A stretch of 62,924 bases of DNA, filler included, from Intoshia linei (lineage: Eukaryota; Animalia; Orthonectida), in NCBI GenBank assembly GCA_001642005.1. It is 8 parts of 8 records of this genome, joined end to end, with 100 filler letters (N's around TTAATTAATTAA, not from the genome) between each part and the next. Parts side by side here need not be neighbours in the genome. Positions count along the whole stretch, not along the records: positions 15,294 to 28,879 come from LWCA01001008.1; positions 28,980 to 42,523 come from LWCA01001065.1; 6 more parts are not named here. One strand, written 5' to 3'. Positions 27,301 through 38,666 of the stretch are shown one piece after another (position 1 is the stretch's first letter; the number at the start of each line of letters is the position of its first letter). The position numbers and the translations under genes were made by a program. Below the pieces are notes generated by a model that saw only the letters and a program-made list of their open reading frames with translations, had not been told where the DNA came from and made no database searches.

Positions 27301-28625
27301 TTAGGGACGTTTTACTTTATGCTCTATCTATAAATAAAAACGGATTAGATGTCGCATTGGATGTTTTAAATGAAACTGTTTTTAAACCAGATTTCAACGA
27401 ATGCGAGGTTAATTTAATTTCAATTTTTATTTATTCTAAATTTTAGCTCCGCCGTGCTAAAAATACTGTAACACGCGATTTACAAGCCATGGATAACAAT
27501 CAAGACAAAACAAACCTTGTCATTGAATTGGCTCATGAAGTAAATATATATTAGTGGTTTTCCAGGCTTTTAACCCATATACCAGTATCGAGTCTAAGTG
27601 GGGTGCACGGGGCGTTTTTTAAATTACATTTAATTTATTTAGTTGGAAATGTTTATACTGATTCTTCAACACATTTAATTGTTAAATCGCAAATTTTTCT
27701 AAAATGGGGGCACCAAATTACTAAATTGAAATTATCAAAAATTAATTTATTAACTTATAATGACCCCCATATATAGTACATATATTTTAAACTAGGCTGC
27801 ATATGCCGGAACGACTCTTGGTTCTCCGAAATTTTGTCTTAAACCTGCCATTGAAAATATGAATGCCGTTACTTTGTACAGTTTTATATCGAAATATCAC
27901 ACTCCAAATCGAATGGTACTTACAGCCATTGGAGTTGATCATGCAGAACTCGTTGAAAAAGCTGAGTCTATTTTTACAGCGAAATCAACCACGACTTTAA
28001 CGGAAGAAGCTTCTAAATATCTCGGTGGAAATAAAATTGCACGTATATTCATTACTATGTAGCTTTGTGTATATAATTGTATTTCTTTTGGCATAAATTA
28101 TGCCGCATAATACAGTTGATTAATATTTTAAAGTTTGAACCAATTTAAATTTTTTTATTTAGTTTATTTTAATCTTTAGTTGAAAGATAATTTAAAAAGA
28201 GTGGGACAGAGTTGGCAGCCCTTACCAGAATTGGTACATTTTGTGGTTGGATTTGAAGGATGCAGTACAAGTGATCCCGATTTTTTGACATTTTCAGTGT
28301 TAATGTCGTTGCTTGGTGGAGGTGGGTCGTTTTCAGCTGGAGGACCAGGGAAAGGTAATTTTTTTAGTAATTTGTATACCATTTAGTGACACGTGCGGCA
28401 TTATTAGCGTGACCCTATGGCGACCAGTGGTGAAATATTGGCTAACTTGAAAAATTGAGATTTAATCGAATTTTTCAACCGGCGGTCCGCAATATATAAT
28501 TGCGACTAGCGAAAACTTATTAGTTGATATCTTTTTAGTTTATATCATTTAATTTGTGGAAGGTATAATGTTTTTAAATTATTTTTAGGTTTATATTCAA
28601 GAATGTATAACAATGTTTTAAATCG
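24316..28625 (+). CDS. PMPCA: Mitochondrial-processing peptidase alpha subunit, 3'-partial; exons 24316-24347, 24588-24769, 24952-25031, 25066-25148, 27305-27407, 27447-27539, 27796-28038, 28180-28354, 28589-28625
   Basis: Arg/Lys-rich presequence [16 protein letters not shown]; TTLDNGMRI; HFLEKLAF (non-catalytic alpha variant); [11 protein letters not shown]; [22 protein letters not shown] glycine loop. Confidence 0.95.
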
Positions 28626-29984
28626 GTAATTTTTATGTATTCAATTACACTGTTCAACATTGCAAAAAGAAACTTAATGTAACATTTTTTTAAAATAATC
28701 AGCTAATTTTTGTGATTCTAACGATATACATATTTTTATAATTGAAGATCGTAAAACATGTGATATTTTAATGAGTAATTTTACTATTCTATTAAATTTA
28801 TACCCATAAAAAAACGGTCAAAAAAACATTTTTTACATGTCAAATAAAGTTTTTATTACATCTTTCAATTAATTAAAGCNNNNNNNNNNNNNNNNNNNNN
28901 NNNNNNNNNNNNNNNNNNNNNNNTTAATTAATTAANNNNNNNNNNNNNNNNNNNNNNNNNNNNNNNNNNNNNNNNNNNNTGTACACCTGTAATTTATTTA
29001 ATATTTATTTCTTTTTAATTTAAATGTGATCATATAATTATCCGCTATCAATTCCATACCATATATATTATAATTAAATTAAAAATTGAGAAACTAAAAT
29101 TAATTGAAATAGCTTAGTTGCTATGATGTTGTCAATCATTATCTTTTGATAGCGAATTGTAAAATTGATAAGAAAAGTATCATGTTGATCAGGAAAATTT
29201 CAGCTTTTTATTTGTATGGGTCTCATGCAGATCCTCAAAAAAAGTATTCATTTTGTTGTCTAGTGTTATACACAATTGTATATAATTTTATAATATCATG
29301 GTAACACTTGAAATTTATTGATTTACGTATTATTGTTATTATTGTTAAAAATAAATTAAAATTAGGATAAAGTTAACATTATAATTTTCTATTACTGAAA
29401 TTTACACTTCTATAAATATTGCCATACATTAAAATGTATAAAAACATTAAAAAAATATAGATTTTAAAATTTTTACGTTTTTTGCCACTTATTTCCAAAA
29501 TAACATTACTCTTTCAAATTTTTAGTATAATTGTTATAACGTTATATTCAACTTTCTCATAAAATTTGAATGTATTTTGAAATTCATATTTAGAATTAAC
29601 GTTTTTATGCCATTAATTAATGAAATAATTAAAACATTTTTTTTTTTTAAAAATTACTATATTCTGACAGCGCCAATATATATTTAACAGTAAATATATT
29701 AATATTTTAATTTCGCATATGGGCGTAAAAGATAAATACATTTTATCATATAATATATAAATGTGGTCGTCATGCTTTCAAAACCCTCAAAGTTTAAGGT
29801 TTAAATTAAAATTTAATTAAGTTAATTAATCAATGATTCTTAAACTATTCAATTTTCTGGTTTTTTTAATGTATAAATCATTAAAATCAAAAAGGTTACT
29901 AATTTTATAAAAATTTGTCGTTTTCACATTGAATTGCTCATATATAAAGTAAAATACAGTTTAAAATAAAATATTGTAGTTAAA

Positions 29985-30720
29985 ACTGTATGTCTGTTTG
30001 TTCCAGTTTATTTAAGAAAGTAAGAGGATTCTAGTTTTAAAAATTCCATATTTTTATTAAAGTTTTTCGAAATGGGGTCCTTTAAGGTGAAAAACCCCAA
30101 TTTTCCTTTGTTTTTAAATTAAAACCCGTCCTAGAATTATAAAAAGTAAACAATTTGATAAAAAGTGTTAAATTCATAAATATTATGATAATTTTCAAAA
30201 TCTTATACTTAATTTGTATTTTTACGGCAAAAACCCAAAATTACTTTTTTTTGTCAAAATTAAAAGTCTTAGAATTTTGTACAACATAACTTTTGAGATG
30301 ATTTTTAAATTCATATCCATTATCATAAATGATGACCTCAAAAAAGGTAATTTTCACGGTAAAAACCACAGATTACCCGTTTTTTTAAAATGAAATCAAC
30401 CCTAGAATTTAACAATTTGACAAAAATTAAAGATGATACAGTTATATTTAGTTAACACACCCAAAAATTTTCAATCTGATAAAGTGACACCTTCATGCTC
30501 AAAAAAGTACTTTAGTATTAATTTTTTTTATTTCAGAACTATTTTATTAACATTTTATTGTAAAACAAAAAATTTGAAATAATTAAAACTTTCGTACAAT
30601 TAAAAAAAGATTATTATGATACAGCTTATTCCAGTTGATATAAATACAACATTTTAGTCCTTGAAATCTGCGTATTTCCGGTGAAAAATAACTTTTAATA
30701 TATATTATCAATATGTTTCA
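29985..30720. repeat. ~700-bp dispersed repeat, copy 2
   Basis: Direct, diverged copy of 21430-22145. Confidence 0.75.
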
Positions 30721-30822
30721 AATATTTATTTTTTTTTATATTTAACCTCGCACAGTGACCTTAAAATTGACTGTTTAAGTAATGAATTTTATAAATTTTA
30801 ATGATTTAGTAATCCTAGTGGA

Positions 30823-31329
30823 TTGACATCTAGTAATGAAATGAAAAACAAGAAAGATGCAAAAAAGCAGCGAAAAGTATGTTATGATATAGCAGGAAAT
30901 ATGAAAATCCACCACTTACCAGACAAATGTGACCATAAATTAAAAAAGGATGGATCCTCTGCAAAAAACTGCAATTGTCTATGTTTGTGCATGTTAAATC
31001 CAAAAAAAAGTAAAAAAATAATGGTCCATGAAGATTGTGTTGACAATGTCAGAAAATGGTTATTGGAATGTGAGGATTTACGTAAAAGAGGGTATACAAT
31101 TTCAACAAAATTAATAGACAATGACCCAGTCTATAGTTTCACTAAATCAATAGATGCAATGTACCAAAAAAGAAAAAAAAATTTTTTAAAGCAGCACAAC
31201 TTGAAACACACAAATGAAATATTCTCAAAAAAATTTATATTCAGCTACCCAATGCTATCCAAAACTAAAGACAAAAATATTTTCAAGTTAAAAAATAGAC
31301 TCGATGAAATATACCAAGATTTATTTTAA
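30823..31329 (+). CDS. Unknown basic Cys/His-containing protein, probably a terminal exon
   Basis: 168-codon ORF in very AT-rich DNA, with AATAAA overlapping the stop; no recognised domain. Confidence 0.4.
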   Translation: MTSSNEMKNKKDAKKQRKVCYDIAGNMKIHHLPDKCDHKLKKDGSSAKNCNCLCLCMLNPKKSKKIMVHEDCVDNVRKWLLECEDLRKRGYTISTKLIDNDPVYSFTKSIDAMYQKRKKNFLKQHNLKHTNEIFSKKFIFSYPMLSKTKDKNIFKLKNRLDEIYQDLF

Positions 31330-32030
31330 TAAATTTATATTGTACAATGTAATTAAATGTTTTGAGGCAGATTTTTATCTACAGGTCATTATACCTTGTT
31401 AAAAATCATGCAGAATGTGCCAATTGTATAAACTAAAAACGTATAAAATTTGTAAAATATAATTTAATGAAATTTTTTACTCTGAAACTTTATGATAAAG
31501 TAAATACCATAAAATTAAACAAATGAAATTTAAATGTATCTGTTGCAGCGTGCAGTATTTGGAACCAATATAAACTTACAATGGTACTCTAGTTAATTAT
31601 TCTAGTATGGTTTGAATATGTTGTACTATAAAGCAGTTGCTTATTTAACATTAATAAAATAGAATTAACCTAATTTATATTATGTGAGATTGTTTCATTT
31701 TGTATTATGTTTACATGTCCACTTTCCATAATATATTTTTTTTGTCACTACAAAAGGAATGATATTGTCCGTTTATCTATAAAAAGTAAATAGTTTCTAT
31801 AATGTCCAATTTTTGGAACTTTTGCAAGTCATATCAGAGTAAGTTTTATGACGAAGATTAATTAAAATTTTAAATTGAAGGTTGATTGTTAAACGAAAAT
31901 TTTAGAGCGATATTTATATTGCATTTTAGTGTACATATAATTAAAGGATGTACAATTTTTACACGTATAGTATCATAATAATTTTAATATTGAAACTCAT
32001 AATAACTATAATTTTTAGATTATTCCTAAC

Positions 32031-35000
32031 ATGCATTCCGATAAAAAGTTAAAAAATAAACACAAAAATCATAAAAATCGACACGATTTGCCTTTTTATC
32101 AAAGATTTTTTCAATATTTTTGCATTTGTTTTTGCTGGAAAAGTGTAAAGTATCAGAAGAGAACTAATCGTGTTTATAAAACTACAAATTCTGAAATTAT
32201 TATTGCTACCGAACATGAAACAAAATATCCACATTCCTGCATTACATCTGTCAATAGAGAGTCTTATAAATTTAATGAATCTCCCAAAGTACCTGTCAAA
32301 AGGGATTCGGTAATTTTAATCAATTTACGAGTCTGTTTGCTTTTTTGCATTTATTTAGGTTCCTTTAAATTAGTTTATTGTTCTCATTATTACTATTTTA
32401 AAAATAATCATTCAATCAAGTTTAAAAATTATTTGTAATGTTTGTGATTGATAAATTATTTCTAACCTACATTCTATTGAAATTTTAATGTGTATTTTAC
32501 TTTCATTTTATGTGTATTGGATTTAGTAATTAATGTTTACATTTTATTATCCTATATCCTAATTTAACTTGTTTGTTTAATTAAACATACTATTTTTTAA
32601 TTGTGTCACTCCAAAAATTATTATGCTGAATTTAAAAAATCGAATATAATAGGGGAGACCTGGGAAAAGGTTGAATAGACTTTTTATCTGATTTATTATA
32701 TTGCATTATGGACCCTAGTATTTTGTATTTTTTAACAAGTATTACAGTATAGTACTACATATTTTATACTTTATTGACTCTTTTTTGATTATACTGTATT
32801 TTACTTATTTTGTATATATTTATGTTAGATAAATTTAATAGGTCAATGATTTTTTGGTTTTTATTGAGATTTCATCAAATATTTAATTTATTATAAATGT
32901 TATTTACATCTTGTGAAAAGTGTAGTAACATTTAGCTTTAGATTATTGCTGTTTTTAATATCGTTGATTTTCTTAACATTGTGCATGTCTAGGATTTACT
33001 AACTAGACTAAATGAGGCATGCTTAAATTTTTCAATACGTAGATTTCTGGAGTTGAAATTTGGTATTTATATCAACTGGAATAAGCTTTATCAGAATAAT
33101 CTTTTTTTTAAATTTTCGGACAGTTAATTATTTCACATTTTTTGTTTTAATAAAATATTTCGGATATATGAAAATTAAATGCTTTTTTTGACCGTGAAGG
33201 CGTCAGATTGAAATTTTTTGTGTGTGTTAACAGGATACAACTGTACCACCTGTAAATTAATAATTTTTTTATGGTCAATTGGGAAAAATGATGCCTCCAT
33301 TCCGAAGAGGGATCTATAGGCAGTAGCGGATCTAGGTGGGATCCAAGGGGCGGCCGCATAATTTTTTTTTAAATTGTTTGATATTGATAGATTTTATTTT
33401 TATCCAATTTTATATTATAATAATCGACTGTCATTTTATTAACTACTAGAAGTGGCTAGTAGCTATCTAATTTAATTATTTAATTCTCCAGGGTTAATTG
33501 TGATTTGGTGCAAATTTTTTTTGGATACATTATGAAAGATTTATAAATAGATAAATGAGTAATGAGTCAAAATAAAAAATCACACCCAGTGCTAGGATGA
33601 ACATTATTAATTAAATTTTTAATATGTCCGGGTTGCAAAATTATCAGAATGTAGCATCCGGTACATTACCATGATAAGGTTGCCCACTAGGGTTATTCCA
33701 TTTTCTAATATAAAAATGACATATATAGAAAATGAACGCCGCTTAATTTGCTGCCGAATGATATTAATATTTTTAATTTTTATCTAAAAAAACCCCCGCG
33801 TCTTGAAGTTTAAAGTTTTCATTTTGATTTCTCAGTTATTTTATAGAAAATTTTAATAATCCGTTGTCATGTATTATTTAAATATTAAATTTAAACAATA
33901 CGAATTTTTAATTTAAAAAACTTTTAAAAATGTCGAAAATATTCTCATATTTTGTTGAATCAAACGGTATAACAATGACGATTGAACCTTGTGAAAGATC
34001 ATTTTCGACATTAATTAATGTTAGTGTAGTATTCCTAAATATTTAGGATTCCTAACGATAATATTAAATATAGTTATCCTAACTATTAACAATTATTATT
34101 CTCCCTTATTATTAATCAAGACGTTACAAAATATTATGAAAATATTTAATCATTGTAACGAGTTCAAGAATGCAAGAGTAATTCGCTTGATTGTTTACTT
34201 GATGAGTTAAACAAAAAATGAATGTTAATGTTTAATTTATAAATTCGGTTATTTCCACGTTTATAATTGATACAATGAAGTTCTTTATTCAATACATCAA
34301 CACATCGTGGTAATTACACGATGATGTAACAATCATTTCAATTAAATCTTAATCCATAACTATCTTGGCCAATGTTATTAAAAATATTTTAATAATTCAA
34401 TTATAAGATTTAAACGAACAAATTGAAAGTCTCGTGTGAACACCACGATAAAATCGTTAGAAAAATGAACCTCCGCTGTCAAAATCAATTTATCGATGTT
34501 GCGTTCCTAATCGATACAGGATCCATGGTAAATTTGATTAACATTTTTATATCCGACTCAAAGGATATTTTGAAGACCACCAATGGGTCAAAAGTAATTT
34601 GCATAGGAAAAAAGACTATTTATTACAAGGAAGTTCCAATATAATTTTACGTAACAAATGATACCGATAACATCCTCGGACTTAAACAATCTGTTAAACT
34701 AGTTTATATTTTCATAAACAATGTTACCCAAGAGACTATTGACGATAATTTCATATTGCCGAAATTAAAAATGTTAAAATTAAACGTGCTGTAACGAGTT
34801 TATCTATAGCCAAAAAAAATTATACAACCTTAAAAAAAAGTGATCGGTAGATTCAAGATAATGATATTCAAATGTTGAACATTCCGTTTTAAACATGTCG
34901 TCAATTTCAAGTCATAGTGGTAAAATAAATGTCAATGAAAAGGAAATTTATAGTGACCATGAACATTATAAATTTCTAAACTCTTATTTTTACCGAAAAT

Positions 35001-38000
35001 TTAGCAGTGATGTGGAAAGATCTGAATTTAATATATCACATAAAATAAAAAAATTGTCACATTCTAGCAACGAATCTGATAATACAAACACTCTTGTAAA
35101 TGATTTTAAATTACCAGTTACTGCATTAGAAATGCCTGATAAAGGTCAACATGGGGAAAATTCTGAAATTTCAAATTCCACATTACTAAACCAATTTGTA
35201 TCTTAAGTAGATTGCAGCACTAATAATTTAACGGTTAACAATAAAAATCATGAAAAATCAAATAGTAGTTGTATTAACATTGAAAATTACGAATTTGATA
35301 GTACTATACAAACATCAGTGATTGATTTTTCTGCGTCTAGTGAAAAAAAGATTAAAAAATTTATGGTCAGTACCTCTTAAACAAGATTTAATGAATTTCA
35401 AAAAGTTTTTGGGCGTAAAACAACAGATTCATTGCTAGATGATTACTCTCGTGCACTTTCAAGAGAAATTCTTATTCAGGGACAAAATTATATTAGTGTC
35501 AATACAATTTACTTTTATGCTAAAATTTTAGGATGGGAAACTGCCTTTAGAATTAAAATGGGAAGGATTATTAGTATTACCAAAGAAAAAACTGACTTGT
35601 TTATTCCGAATGCTGTCCAAATTAAAACTCGTAATGAAACATTTTTCTTTGCTTATTTCACTTCTGGTGATAAAGTCTTTCTTCTGCTTTTTCGATTATA
35701 GCAAGATTATTTACTGACTCATACTATCAAGGATAAAAAGTTTAATGAAAGTGGTTCCAATACTAGTTCCATTATTAAATTTAATTTAAAGGAGAAAAAT
35801 GACTACTAATAACATTTTATTAGTAATAATGAACTATATCATCATAAGCCTATCTAGCCTTTAATACACAATGTGTATTTGAAAGTGATGTCAAACCAAT
35901 TAATAGTGGCCGCTACAAATTCAATCTAAAATCAAAATACATAATTTTTTAGATAAATTTATGCTCTCAGGGACTATAAAAAATTTTTAGAAAGAATGTT
36001 TCATCTTGTTAATCTTTAATTTATACACATTAAAACGACACTTTTTTTCAATATAATATTATTATAATGTGTTATGCATCATAGCTTATGGCCAGGTATG
36101 TCAGATCATTTTTCTTAGCGGGTCAAATGTTAAGAAAAATTATTGTAAAATATAATTTAACTTATTGAATCTAAAAATGTTTAATTAGACAAAAAAAATA
36201 CGATTATATAATGTACAATTAGAATAAAAACTAATAGGATGCTAAATTATAAGACATACTATATATTTTTTTATATTATCGGTTTTGAAATTTTTATCTT
36301 TAGCTATAATTTTTTTAACATCGAAAAACTTGGTTATACGGCAGCTGAAGTAGATTGACAATTTTGCAATAATTGATTAGTATATGGAAAAATATTCTTA
36401 TTTTTCATTTGACAAATTATTTTTAATATCATTGTCTTCTAGGCGTTTACTGATGTACACATTTATATTACACGGATCTTCATCGAAATTAATATCATTC
36501 ATCGCTTTCCAAGCCTTAGTCATATTATTTGAGTAGAAGCATTTAAAATATTTGGACCAAGTTCATATAAATTCATGTCTTTTTGAAATTAAATAAATTT
36601 TTTAAAAATGAAGAAAAGTTTGTCCGTGAAGTTCACGACGTGAACTGTGTCCAAAATAAGCAAATTTTTTTTAATTAATATGATTATAATATCTATGCTA
36701 TACCTTAAGAGTATAACAAATGAATGGGAACTACGGTAAAAAAGGCAACATTTTTCACTATGGAAAAGGTTAAGAAAACAGTAAAAGGTAAATACGCGGG
36801 GTTTTTTGTGACGAAAATAAAAAAATTACATCATTGTGCAGTAAATTAAATGGAGATTATTGTCTATATGTTTCTTTTTTAAATTTCATAAAAAAGTCAA
36901 ATTGGAATAGCCCTATTTCCTACCATGTAACAATAAAGTATATTGTTTTCAAATGCATCTCATATCATTAGACCACCACTTTTACGTTGCCTTCGCATTT
37001 TTGACAATGGAGGTACATTTTTTCTCCAGTAATATGCTAAACTGTCTGTCATTCTAGTAATTAGAATAATAATACTAGAATCTAATTGAACCTTTTTTTT
37101 TGAAAGATAATCGCTTTTAATCTTTGACTTATTATTTATATCAATAATAACCGCATATTTTTGTGCTGTGCATTTAAATGTGTCTACATTGACATTTTTG
37201 TAAAGTCGGATTTTAAGTTTTATTTATTTCTTGATCATAATACGAGTTAACGTCGCAGACTTTTTTTTAGCAGTGTATATGAAAATTTAATAAAATGTGT
37301 TAAAAAATTGTATAAAAAACACAAGTATCTGTTTTTATAAATGAAATTGTAATATAAATTAAGATTTGGTAAAATCTGACTTTTTTTAAAAAAATTAGAA
37401 AAAGTTAATTTTTTCATTAAGGGTTGATAAAATTGTATGTTTTCTTTCGGGTTGGATTAATTGGTTTGAAATTGTAGCCTGAATTTTTCAATTTTTCAGA
37501 GCCCCCAAATAATAAAAGAAGCAATTTGCGAAAAAAACTAAAATTGTTTAAATTTTGATAAACCGAAAGTTTATAAAAAAGTAAAAATGAATCATCAATA
37601 AATTAAAAATGCTTACAATGTAAATGTGTATTAATGAATCTATATTGAATAGTTTACTTAAATCTCTTTAATAATATTTTAATAGCAATTATATCTACCT
37701 TCAAAACAGATTACAATTTTTAAAATGAATGTGTCAATTGTTTAGTTTTGAATCTATTCTGAAATGAGAATAAATGGAATGTATATAAATTAAAAATTAC
37801 AACTATGTCAGATTTTTGTCAAAATTTGACTGACCAAAATTTTCATATAATAAAATCAAACAACATTGAGTATATCACATTTAAGTCAAAATTTAAAAAT
37901 TGATATAATTATAATTAAAACGGTAATTTTACGACATTATAGCATTACTTTAGTATTGATTAGATATTTGTTAATCGATTCAATTTAATGTATACTATTA

Positions 38001-38526
38001 CTTTTTAAAAAAAAACTAGTTACAACAATTATCCTTAGGTGAGGGTATATTTGTTTAACAAAGTCAATAATGTATTGCTGTAATATATTTTTATCATTTT
38101 TGGTATGTGATTTAATTTGTCGTTAACTTTCTTATAATTAAAATTATTATTTCATTTTAGTATAAACTATTTTCCAAATCAAAAAGGTTTTTATTGAGAA
38201 AACAAATTCCTGCAGACGAAGGTAAAATTTGTGCCATTATTGATTTGGATGAAACACTTGTGCATAGTTCGTTTAAGGTTTATTTATTTTTAAAATTCAA
38301 ATAACAATTTATTTTTAGTTCATTGAAAACCCGGATATGATTATTCCAATAGAAGTGGATGGTATTATCCATTCTGTATATGTACGTATTTCAATTAGAC
38401 TATTACAAGTTTAATAGTTTACATTTTTATTTTATTTAGGTCTTGAAGCGTCCATTTGCTGTCAATTTTATCAAAAAAATGGGACAATTATTTGAATGTG
38501 TATTGTTTACTGCCAGTTTAGCAAAA
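32031..38526 (+). CDS. CTD small phosphatase (SCP/CTDSP family), 3'-partial; exons 32031-32309 (tentative), 38161-38277, 38319-38381, 38440-38526
   Basis: [14 protein letters not shown] (DxDxT), [27 protein letters not shown]; upstream exon is phase-0 compatible and has FFQYFCICF and SCITSVNRE resembling SCP N-termini. Confidence 0.85.
34423..34730 (+). mobile_element. Gypsy-type retropepsin (aspartic protease) relic
   Basis: [14 protein letters not shown], then ..NILGL; broken by a stop codon. Confidence 0.7.
34895..35809 (+). pseudogene. Intronless GRAMD1/Aster-like pseudogene (S/N-rich N-terminus plus GRAM domain)
   Basis: [29 protein letters not shown]...[10 protein letters not shown]...ITKEKT...IPNAVQI.T..E.FFF...LFRL*Q; one frame with stops at 35204, 35378 and 35699. 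Confidence 0.85.
36255..36570 (-). mobile_element. hAT transposase C-terminal relic
   Basis: [31 protein letters not shown], a degenerate TSAxVERSFS dimerisation motif. Confidence 0.55.
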
Positions 38527-38666
38527 GTAATTTTTAATTTAATTTAATAAGCATTTTGCATAGTCAAATAATTAATACATTGACTTTCAACCTAATTTTC
38601 ATGGTTTAAAATTTAAATAGGTCAATATAATCATAAAAAATGTATATTTACATTGTACATGGCCAT

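Larger units (their letters stand above)
33688..36915. mobile_element. 3.2-kb non-autonomous hAT-type element containing host-gene and TE fragments
   Basis: ~120-bp imperfect TIRs (TAGGGTTATTCCA...aaaaaacccccgcg at left; cgcggggttttttg...TGGAATAGCCCTA at right); flanks TTGCCCAC and TTTCCTAC match 6/8. Confidence 0.65.

Noticed and set aside
29118-29243. Phase-compatible exon-like stretch after the gap as a PMPCA continuation
   Set aside because: Similarity to the expected PMPCA segment is weak (only ..HADP..) and it lies beyond a gap; not assigned.
34895-35809. In-frame TAA/TAG without frameshifts suggesting stop-codon reassignment
   Set aside because: Conserved genes here end in TAA/TAG and show no internal stops; the TAG at 35699 replaces a conserved Trp by a single transition, which fits pseudogene decay.
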